Assembly: GCA_963705115.1 (NCBI GenBank)
Contig: CAVPIX010000002.1
Location: 11,555 to 75,554, forward strand
Length of the DNA stretch: 64,000 bases
Direction: 5' to 3'
From: an uncultured delta proteobacterium
GTDB lineage: Bacteria; Desulfobacterota; Desulfobaccia; Desulfobaccales; 0-14-0-80-60-11
Shown here: one piece after another, positions 56,254-64,000 of the stretch
How the letters are laid out: each line of letters opens with the position of its first letter
Position numbering within the stretch: position 1 is the stretch's first letter
Program-made: the position numbers and the translations under genes
Notes under the pieces: model-generated
What the model saw: the letters and a program-made list of their open reading frames with translations, nothing else
Databases searched by the model: none
Told to the model about the DNA's origin: nothing

Positions 56254-57664
56254 ATGGCCTGGTTACCCGCTGATAAGACGGAGCACCGCGACTCCAGAAT
56301 TTATGACACCCAAATAATCTCTGGAGGCCGGCCCCCTTTCCGAAAAGATCGGGAAGACCACTTCCACGACATTAAAAACCGTCTGCACCGCACCCTGGTG
56401 GAGCGCCTGGATACCGGTCAGCTGGACGCCATGGAAGAAAGCCAGGTGGCCACTGAGATCCGCCGGGCCGTGGCCCAACTTCTAGCTCGAAGACCCCTTT
56501 CCCTTAAATTCTGAAGAGCGGGCTCGCTTAGCAGAGGAACTGGAATTCGAAATCCTGGGATTAGGTCCCTTGGAGCCCTTGGTGCGGGACGACACCATTG
56601 CCGACATTTTGGTGAACCGGTTCGATGAGGTGTACATCGAGCGTAATGGCCGCATGATGCTCACCGATGTGCACTTTCGGAACAACGCTCACCTCATGAA
56701 AATTATCCATAAAATTGTCAGTAACGTAGGGCGCCGCATCGATGAGTCCTCCCCCATGGTAGACGCCCGGCTGCCGGATGGCTCCCGGGTCAATGCGGTC
56801 ATTCCTCCTCTGGCCTTGGACGGGCCCATGCTGTCCATCCGCCGCTTCATGGTGATGCGTCCCAACATGGATGAGATCTTGGCCCGGGGAACTCTCACCC
56901 CTGAGATGGCCGAAGTTCTCAAGGCCATAGTCAAGGCCAAACTTAATATTCTGATTTCAGGCGGCACCGGGTCAGGCAAGACCACCTTGCTCAATATCCT
57001 GTCAACGCATCTCGACCCGGAGGAACGCATCATCACTATTGAGGATGCCGCCGAACTGCAGCTGCAGAAACGGAATGTCTGCCGCCTGGAGACCCGGCCA
57101 CCCAACATCGAGGGTAAAGGGGAAATCACCCAAAGAGAACTGGTCCGCAACGCCCTGCGGATGCGCCCGGACCGCATTATCGTGGGTGAGGTGCGGGGGG
57201 TCGAAGTGATGGACATGTTTCAAGCTATGAACACGGGCCACGAAGGCTCCATGACCACGGTACACGCCAACAGTCCCCGGGATGCCTTGCTGCGGCTGGA
57301 GACTATGGTCAACCTGGCCGGCTATCAGATCCCCCAAAAGGCCTTGCGCCATTTAATCACCTCTTCCCTGGACGTTATTATTCATCTGGCCCGCCATTCT
57401 GACGGCGTCCGCCGGCTCGTGTCTTTTTCAGAAATCACCGGCATGGAGGGTGAGGTTATCAGCCTGCAGGACATCTTTCTCTTCGACCGCCATGGGGTCA
57501 AGGAGGATGGCCAGATTTTGGGGGAATTTGCGGCTACCGGCATCAGGCCGCAATTCGTCAACCGATGTCAGAAGTATGGCATTCAATTACCCGGCGAATA
57601 CTTTGTCCCACCCCAACAGGAACGGGTGAGACGCTCAAACAGAGGTTCTCAAGCAGGAAGGTAA
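56254..57664 (+). pseudogene. cpaF: CpaF/TadA pilus ATPase split by a +1 frameshift between 56486 and 56511
   Basis: The first ORF (IKNRLHRTLVERLD) stops at 56512-56514. The next frame reads [31 protein letters not shown] into ORF 56570..57664 ([21 protein letters not shown]). Confidence 0.85.
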
Positions 57665-57670
57665 GCCGTC

Positions 57671-58660
57671 ATGACTTTTACTTGGGGAGAGCTTTGGCAC
57701 GCGACCATCCTGGCGTCAAGTCTGGGGGCAGTATTACTGTTGGCCACGGCGATTTACCATTTTATTATCGTGCCGCTGGCCAGACGCAAAAAAGTAGTCC
57801 GGCGTTTAACTGAAGAAGCCAAGCATCTCCAGCGCATCCAAATTTTGAAGGACCGTTCAGGGGATAAGAAAAATTGGCAAAGAACTTTATTGAGCAGGTT
57901 GTTGAGTGCCAAACGGCTGGACAGACTGCAGGCCCTGATGCTGCAGGGTGACTTGTATCTGGATTCTGAAACTTTTCTGTTTGTCATTCTTCTGAGCAGT
58001 GCAGCAGGATTCCTTCTGGGGTATTGGTTCTTAAAAAATGTCCTTATCGGCTTGCTCATCTTCGTGGCGCTGGGCATCTTGCCCTTTATCTACCTTAAAG
58101 GGAACCAGCTGAGAAAGACTGCTAAATTTGAGAAACAAATGCCGGACGCCATGGAACTGTTAGCTCGTTCTTTGCGGGCCGGCCACACGCTACCCTCCGC
58201 CATCGAGCTGCTCGGAGAAGAAATGGATGCCCCTTTGGGCGCCGAAATGAAGATTGCTTATGAAGAGCAGAAATACGGGATTAGTGTCGCAGATTCATTG
58301 CTGCACATGCTGCAGCGGGTGGAGAGCATGGACTTCAAATATTTTGTGGCAGCCGTGCTCATCCAGCAGGAAACCGGCGGCAACCTGGCCGAACTCATGG
58401 AGAACATCGCCCACGTCATCCGCAGCCGCCTCAATTTTAAAGCAAAAGTCCGTGGGCTGACCGCTTCGGGACGCCTCTCGGCCGGTATTATGATTGTTAC
58501 TCCAGTAGTAACCTTCTTTTTACTAATGTTGGTGGCTCCATATTATGAAAAAATTTTATTTGATTCTTCCCTCGGCCGAAAGATGTTGCTGGGCGGTATT
58601 ATTTCAACCTTCATCGGAGCTATCCTGTTAAGAAGAATAATCCGGTCTGTCCAGACCTGA
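57671..58660 (+). CDS. tadB: TadB inner-membrane platform protein
   Basis: QMPDAMELLARSLRAGH, IQQETGGNLAE and LTASGR. Confidence 0.92.
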   Translation: MTFTWGELWHATILASSLGAVLLLATAIYHFIIVPLARRKKVVRRLTEEAKHLQRIQILKDRSGDKKNWQRTLLSRLLSAKRLDRLQALMLQGDLYLDSETFLFVILLSSAAGFLLGYWFLKNVLIGLLIFVALGILPFIYLKGNQLRKTAKFEKQMPDAMELLARSLRAGHTLPSAIELLGEEMDAPLGAEMKIAYEEQKYGISVADSLLHMLQRVESMDFKYFVAAVLIQQETGGNLAELMENIAHVIRSRLNFKAKVRGLTASGRLSAGIMIVTPVVTFFLLMLVAPYYEKILFDSSLGRKMLLGGIISTFIGAILLRRIIRSVQT

Positions 58661-58681
58661 TGCTATGTTTGGAGCATTACC

Positions 58682-59638
58682 ATGATCTGGATCATTAGAG
58701 CCACAATTTTCATCACTTTCTTCCTGCTGACCCTGGGTTTTGTCACGGTATGGCTGCGCCGCTACCGGGTTAAGGTGCGGATGACCGATGCGGGACTGCA
58801 GTCGGAATCCGTCCTGATGCGGCCCAAAGAGAAGGCCTCGCTCTTCCCGGAATGGCTGTTAAACTGGTTTGCTTTCTCCGGACAATGGGCCCTGCCTAAT
58901 ATGGATAAAATTTCCGAAATCCGCAGGGACCTGCTCAGCGCCGGCTATCATCATCCCCAAGCGCCGGCTATTTATTTGGGTCTAAGAGTTACGATGGCTT
59001 TTGTTTTTTCCCTCCCTTTACTGCTCTTTTTTGTCATGCACGGGAATCTCAGCTTGCTCACTATAGGAGTGGCCTTTCTCGCGGCGCTTTTTGGTTTCTT
59101 TCTGGTAAGCAAGCTTTTAGCGGTAAAAATCAGGCTCCGGCAGGAAAACCTGGATCGGTCATTGCCTGACATCATTGACCTGTTCGTGGTCTGCATGGAG
59201 GCCGGGTTGTCCTTAAACGCTGCTTTACAGCGGGTTTCAGAAGAAATCCAGGAAGTTTACCGGGATTTTTCTTTTGAACTCCAGATTGTTTCCAAGGAAC
59301 TGCGCGCCGGCATTCCCTGGGGTGAGGCTTTTGACAATCTGGGAAAACGCACCAACGTGCAAAGCATTCGTTCCATGGTGGGACTCATGATTCAGTCCAA
59401 TAAGCTGGGGGCCAGCATCGGTGATGCCTTGCGCCACCACGCCGATTTTATTCGCACGCAAAGAATATTAATAGCCGAAGAGAGGGCTGCCAAACTCGCG
59501 TTAAAAATGATATTCCCCTTAATTTTCTTCATTATGCCGGCAATCCTGATAGTTGCAGCCGGCCCTGGCCTTATCCACATCCTTGATACTTTCTTTAAAG
59601 GTGAACTATTCCAGGGAGGCGGGGTCTATATCCGCTGA
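58682..59638 (+). CDS. tadC: TadC inner-membrane platform protein
   Basis: LPDIIDLFVVCMEAGLSL, EERAAKL and FIMPAIL. Confidence 0.92.
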   Translation: MIWIIRATIFITFFLLTLGFVTVWLRRYRVKVRMTDAGLQSESVLMRPKEKASLFPEWLLNWFAFSGQWALPNMDKISEIRRDLLSAGYHHPQAPAIYLGLRVTMAFVFSLPLLLFFVMHGNLSLLTIGVAFLAALFGFFLVSKLLAVKIRLRQENLDRSLPDIIDLFVVCMEAGLSLNAALQRVSEEIQEVYRDFSFELQIVSKELRAGIPWGEAFDNLGKRTNVQSIRSMVGLMIQSNKLGASIGDALRHHADFIRTQRILIAEERAAKLALKMIFPLIFFIMPAILIVAAGPGLIHILDTFFKGELFQGGGVYIR

Positions 59639-59661
59639 GGAATGAATAGAGGAGGTGCGAA

Positions 59662-60849
59662 ATGAAGCGAAAGATTTCCTTCGTAAAAGATTGTCATGGT
59701 TCCATGACGGTCGCTGTCGTCATCCTGATGTTCGTGATTGCCGGGCTTCTGGCTGTCGTCTTTGACATGGCCCATGTGGAGGTGGCCAAAAACGAGCTTC
59801 AGAATGCCGGAGACGCTTGCGCCCTGCGGGGCGCCAGGGCTTTTCTACCGGACAATATCAACCTCACCGGGTATACTCCCATCGACCCTGACCCCGACAA
59901 CGCCAAGCTTCAGGCCCAGAATACCATTGCCAACAATAAATCCGACAACACGGCTTTTCAGACCGGCGACCTGCCCATCTCTGACATTGAGGTGGGTCTC
60001 TGGGATTTTTCCAACCGGACTTTTCTCCCCTGGCAATGGCCCCCTCCCTCCTCCAGGGGGCAGTATGTCGGCCCCGCGGTCAGCCTTCCCACCAAACGGA
60101 CTGACACAGCCAGCCTCGGGCCGGTGAGCACGAAACTTGCTGCTGTCTTTGGTACTCAGACGGTTTCTGTGGTTGCCAGGGCAACTGCGGCCCTGACCCC
60201 GCCCGCGGAGTTGCCCCGTGGGTATAAAGACAGCTTTCCCATCTTTTTCAACGAGGACAAGCTATCTGTAACCGGCGACGAGACCATCTGTGTCACTCTT
60301 GATATGGCGGACCTGGGGGGGTGGACCAGTCTGGATAACTATGGCGAGGCCAACGCCAAGTCGCTTATAGACCTCATCAAACATCTGAAGCAAAATCCCC
60401 AGGTCAAGCTTGATGACAGGATAAATAGGGTCTTAACGTCGTATGTGGATTCTTCGGTGATTGATGCCATCGTGGACTATTATAAAACCAGGCCTGGCCT
60501 CACCGAAGTGGAGACCGGGGTTTATCGGCCCATATCACCCATATATGTGGTGGTACCGGTGGTGAAAATAAGTAAATTCGGGCAAACCTACCGGGGCGTG
60601 GACTTGTTCCTTAATATGCTGGCCCGGGCCCTGCCCTTAGGACCTGGCCAGGCTGTGGCCTGCACCTCCCCCACAGCAGGCCCGGTGAAGGGCTTTACGG
60701 GTGTCAACATTGAAGAGATCAGGAATTCCAAGGCCAATGATGAAAAGAATAGGCTCAAATGCAAGCGCAAAAAAGGCGTAACGGGTGGCACGTCGGGCGG
60801 CGGCCGGTATTATGGTCTGCTGTCAACCGTGCCGAAGTTGGTTGAATAA
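59662..60849 (+). CDS. tadG: TadG-like pseudopilin (Tad N-terminal domain)
   Basis: CHG|SMTVAV...VFDMAH...ELQNAGDACALRGA; C-terminal PKLVE. Confidence 0.8.
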   Translation: MKRKISFVKDCHGSMTVAVVILMFVIAGLLAVVFDMAHVEVAKNELQNAGDACALRGARAFLPDNINLTGYTPIDPDPDNAKLQAQNTIANNKSDNTAFQTGDLPISDIEVGLWDFSNRTFLPWQWPPPSSRGQYVGPAVSLPTKRTDTASLGPVSTKLAAVFGTQTVSVVARATAALTPPAELPRGYKDSFPIFFNEDKLSVTGDETICVTLDMADLGGWTSLDNYGEANAKSLIDLIKHLKQNPQVKLDDRINRVLTSYVDSSVIDAIVDYYKTRPGLTEVETGVYRPISPIYVVVPVVKISKFGQTYRGVDLFLNMLARALPLGPGQAVACTSPTAGPVKGFTGVNIEEIRNSKANDEKNRLKCKRKKGVTGGTSGGGRYYGLLSTVPKLVE

Positions 60850-60946
60850 GGCAACTTGCTTCCCGTGCTTATGTTCAAGATTGGCTCGGTGAGAGGTGGC
60901 CCGGTTATAGCTGGGCCCTCGGACTCCTCGGGTTAAGGGGGGAAAA

Positions 60947-61102
60947 ATGAGCGGTGCTATGGACCCCTTTGTAATCGTTTTGAATAAACTCACCCGAGGT
61001 TTTGACTACACTGCCCAATTTTTTGACAGGCCTGAGATCATCCTTGTCCTGACCATGGTGGCTCTGATGACATCTTTGTGCTTGTTGAGGCTGAGGCGCT
61101 AA
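60947..61102 (+). CDS. Small putative membrane protein (51 aa), not in ORF track
   Basis: Purine-rich RBS; MSGAMDPFVIVLNKLTRGFDYTAQFFDRPEIILVLTMVALMTSLCLLRLRR*; lies between tadG and the ATPase gene. Confidence 0.4.
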   Translation: MSGAMDPFVIVLNKLTRGFDYTAQFFDRPEIILVLTMVALMTSLCLLRLRR

Positions 61103-61134
61103 AAGCGGCACCCCTCCATGCAGGAGGCCATACC

Positions 61135-62625
61135 ATGAATCTGACCAACCGCCTTCTCAAGGCCAAAGTGTTCTCCCCCGCCCAACTGGGCCCCGTCCTG
61201 CAACGCCAGAAAAAACTCAGAGGGTTTTTGGGCAACCACCTCTTAGATCTGGGCCTGATGGATCCTGATGAGTTGGGCAGGTTCTTCGGACCCTACCCTA
61301 CGGTGCCCGAAACCTTAGAGGAGACAGGCCTTCCCGAGAATCTGTTGGCTGACCTTTTACTCAAGCAGGCCTTTTTCCGGTACAACTTCACCATCCGGGA
61401 AATGTCCGAAGCCTTAAAAATCCCTGCAGAGATTGTGGAGTATCTTCTGGAATATCTCAAGCAACAGAAGTTCGTGGATATCAGCCCGAGAGACCTGTTG
61501 CGCCCCAGTCCGGGCCACTTGGCCTCGGAAATTAAATACAAGCTGACCGACACTGGGAAAAAAGCTGCCCAGCAGCAGTTGGAATTTAACGGCTATGTAG
61601 GTCCAGTGCCCATAAGCCTCGAAGACTATTGGGATTGGGTTGAATTTCAAACCGTCCGCCGGGTGAAGATCAAACCAGCGCGACTCCGGGATGCCTTCAA
61701 AGACTATGTGGTGCCGGAGTCCCTTTTCACCGAACTAGGTCCGGCTGTCGCCAGCGGCCGGTCCATTTTTCTCTTTGGTCCTTCGGGCAACGGCAAGACG
61801 GCCCTGGCCAGTTGTGTTGGTGAGGTTTTTGACGACCCGGTCTTCATCCCCTATGCCCTTTACGTCCAGGGACAGATTATCCGGGTTTATAATGAATCCG
61901 TGCATCGGGCCGAGATCTCCTCTCCAGAGACCCCCTCGCCGAACCTCGACCTGCGTTGGGTCCTTTGCCAACGCCCCACCGTCATTGCCGGGGGAGAGAT
62001 GACTGAGGCCGCCTTGGAACCCAAATTCAATCCGGTCTCCAATTATTATGAAGCTCCGCATCAGATTCAGGCCAACAACGGGATTTTCATTATCGACGAT
62101 TTTGGCCGCCAGAAAATCAGTCCCAAGGATTTACTGAACCGGTGGATGTATCCTCTGGAAACCCGCCAGGATTTTTGCAACCTCCACACAGGCCAGCAAT
62201 TTGCCGTGCCTTTTGATCAACTCGTCATCTTTTGCACCAATCTGGAACCTAGCACCCTGGCAGATGAGGCCTTTTTCCGCCGGATTCGCCACAAGGTGTT
62301 TATCGGCTATGTTTCCAAGGAACAATATCTGGAAATCTTTCGCCGTGTCTGCGATCAGTATCGCCTCAAGTTTGATGAGCACATCGTCGAAAAAATAATC
62401 GAGCAGTATTATGTTCGGGATTCCCGGCCACTTCGGGCCTGTCACCCCAGGGATTTGTTGGAAAAACTTTTGGACCGGGCTAATTTCTTGGAAAAAACGC
62501 CGGAACTTACCTACGAGGACCTGGATTTGGCTTGCCAAACCTACTTTATCAAAAATCTAGGCGTCGGTGATTTTGATCAGGCAAGCCAAGAGTCCGTACC
62601 GTGCCTCTACCCGTTTCCTCTGTGA
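61135..62625 (+). CDS. AAA-type ATPase with N-terminal MshEN-like and winged-helix-like regions, inside the Tad locus
   Basis: ATG 61135 after GGAGG; GPSGNGKT and FIIDDFGRQ; N-terminal LLKAKVFSPAQLGPVLQRQ...FLGNHLLDLGLM. Confidence 0.85.
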   Translation: MNLTNRLLKAKVFSPAQLGPVLQRQKKLRGFLGNHLLDLGLMDPDELGRFFGPYPTVPETLEETGLPENLLADLLLKQAFFRYNFTIREMSEALKIPAEIVEYLLEYLKQQKFVDISPRDLLRPSPGHLASEIKYKLTDTGKKAAQQQLEFNGYVGPVPISLEDYWDWVEFQTVRRVKIKPARLRDAFKDYVVPESLFTELGPAVASGRSIFLFGPSGNGKTALASCVGEVFDDPVFIPYALYVQGQIIRVYNESVHRAEISSPETPSPNLDLRWVLCQRPTVIAGGEMTEAALEPKFNPVSNYYEAPHQIQANNGIFIIDDFGRQKISPKDLLNRWMYPLETRQDFCNLHTGQQFAVPFDQLVIFCTNLEPSTLADEAFFRRIRHKVFIGYVSKEQYLEIFRRVCDQYRLKFDEHIVEKIIEQYYVRDSRPLRACHPRDLLEKLLDRANFLEKTPELTYEDLDLACQTYFIKNLGVGDFDQASQESVPCLYPFPL

Positions 62626-63176
62626 TTGCCTGGGGTTGGGGCCATCCGCAGTTTATCATTCCTCTGTTCTTTTCCCTGTGGATGGCTTGGACGGACATCC
62701 GCACCCACCGGATTCCCAATCTCTTGAACCTCTTCTGCGGCCTGTCCGGCCTGGGATACCAACTGGGAACCCGAGGCTTGGGTGGACTGGGAGAAGGCCT
62801 CTTAGGACTGCTCCTGGGGTTTGGCCTAATGATCGGTTTTTACCTGTTCGCCGGCATGGGGGCGGGAGATGTCAAAGCCTTAGCCGCTCTGGGGGCCTGG
62901 CTCGGCCCCTGGGATACTTTTCGCCTCTTCATTTTTATGGGCCTCTCCGGACTTCCTTTAGCTATGCTTTTTCTCTGGTACCGGGGCAAGTTGTTCACTA
63001 AACTCCGTCAATTCTGGGCCTTTGTCGTGAATTTGGCTCTCCTCCGGTTCAAATTCGCCGCCAACCCCAATAAAACTTCGCCTGAACTCGAGGAACGCAT
63101 GCCTTACGCAGTGGCAATTGCCCTTGCTATGGTGCTCCTTTGCCTTTCCAGGTCCGCTGTAAAGAATATCACCTAA
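62622..63176 (+). CDS. cpaA: Prepilin peptidase, A24 family (CpaA/TadV)
   Basis: TDIRTHRIPN and MGAGDVKALAALGAW; GTG start overlaps the ATPase stop. Confidence 0.9.
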   Translation: MIAWGWGHPQFIIPLFFSLWMAWTDIRTHRIPNLLNLFCGLSGLGYQLGTRGLGGLGEGLLGLLLGFGLMIGFYLFAGMGAGDVKALAALGAWLGPWDTFRLFIFMGLSGLPLAMLFLWYRGKLFTKLRQFWAFVVNLALLRFKFAANPNKTSPELEERMPYAVAIALAMVLLCLSRSAVKNIT

Positions 63177-63480
63177 TAAACTTTCGGCTGGTGAGCGGGA
63201 AACTTTGTGAAGTAAGAATCTAATAGACGTTGTTTCCACCTCGTTGAGCCAGGGAAAAGCCGAAAAATTCGACCTTATCTATCATTCCCTTGGCAGTCGA
63301 CGCCCACCAATCCTCAAACACACCATACTCCCTTCAAGAATGGAAGGGAACCCTGGTGGCTGCCGAGTGCGACATAACTTGCCATCCTTGACCATTTCCG
63401 GCACGCCTTCAACTATGAGGCCATGGCCCGGCAGCCTGGAATGGGCAGCTTTTTTGATGGCTGCGATCTGAGGTGAGTTA

Positions 63481-64000
63481 ATGGCTTAAAAACATTTTGG
63501 TGCCCTTTCCTGGCCCTACATGAACAAGCCCGGGGTCGCCCTGGTCGTTAAGGTGGAGTGGGACTCAAAAACCACCGGCTCCGATTACAAGGCAACTGTA
63601 ATTCATGAATCAGAAGAATTCAGTGTGCCAGCCATGTTCAAGGTTTGCTACGAGTTGCAGAGAAAATATGAGATAGACCTGTGGCACGGCGACGCTATGA
63701 ATGAGCCCATGGTTGACCTCTTGTTTCAAGCTGCAGATGGGAAGTCCTTGCCCCTGAGCATGGCGCCCTATATCGACAAGCCCGACGCCACCACGCTCTA
63801 TTTGCAGGCCATCAGGGAGTTGACTCGAAGCGACCACAAGGTGCTATGGTTCGGGGAAGGCAGTAGCCTGCCCGGGCACCTGACCAACCTGCCGAAAGAC
63901 AAGGCCATCGACGTTTCCCATTTCCCCCCGGTGGCGGCCCTTGGTTATGTGGCCGCGGCGCTGTATCTCTGGTTGCAGCTTGAGTATGAGAAAACGCCCA
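63481..64000 (+). pseudogene. Hypothetical, possibly phage-related, ORF running off the right edge; in-frame TAA at codon 3
   Basis: GAGGTG RBS, ATG GCT TAA, then the same frame stays open (KHFGALSWPYMNKPGVALVV...) to the window end. A restart at ATG 63520 is possible. Confidence 0.5.

Noticed and set aside
1-64000. CRISPR array or rRNA
   Set aside because: No regularly spaced direct repeats with unique spacers and no rRNA-like sequence; the repeats seen are dispersed palindromes.

Overview
The gene content points to a deltaproteobacterial (Desulfobacterota/Syntrophobacterales-like) anaerobe; the taxonomy is inferred. Five blocks are visible. (1) 2.0-7.5 kb: a minus-strand cassette in which a divergent Lgt and a divergent LspA bracket two paralogous LamG/ConA-like lipoproteins (one frameshifted in a C8 tract) and a coiled-coil, Cys/Pro-rich protein. 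(2) 7.6-24 kb: housekeeping and accessory genes (GapN, lytic transglycosylase, yedE-TusA-DUF3343-kinase cluster, RND efflux, pgl, ABC exporter), with REP-like palindromes and MITEs in the intergenic spaces. (3) 24.5-48.6 kb: a sigma54-type locus with two histidine kinase/NtrC-type pairs (one kinase carries tandem Rossmann folds), three GcvH-like proteins lacking the lipoyl lysine, a stand-alone duplicate of their Cys-rich domain, two archaemetzincin-like proteases, and an Hdr operon (QmoC-HdrD fusion, HdrL, MvhD, FdhB-like, tandem HdrA, HdrC, HdrB). (4) 49.2 kb: the 3' half of a tRNA-Pro(TGG), which marks a probable island boundary. (5) 49.2-64 kb: island-like cargo with IS630 and IS3 remnants, a Tad/Flp pilus locus that has no secretin gene in this window, two frameshifts and an MshEN-like AAA ATPase, and a partial ORF at the right edge. 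No CRISPR array, rRNA or intact tRNA was seen. The best candidates for undescribed systems are the dedicated lipoprotein-maturation cassette and the GcvH-like/archaemetzincin/Rossmann-kinase module tied to the Hdr operon.
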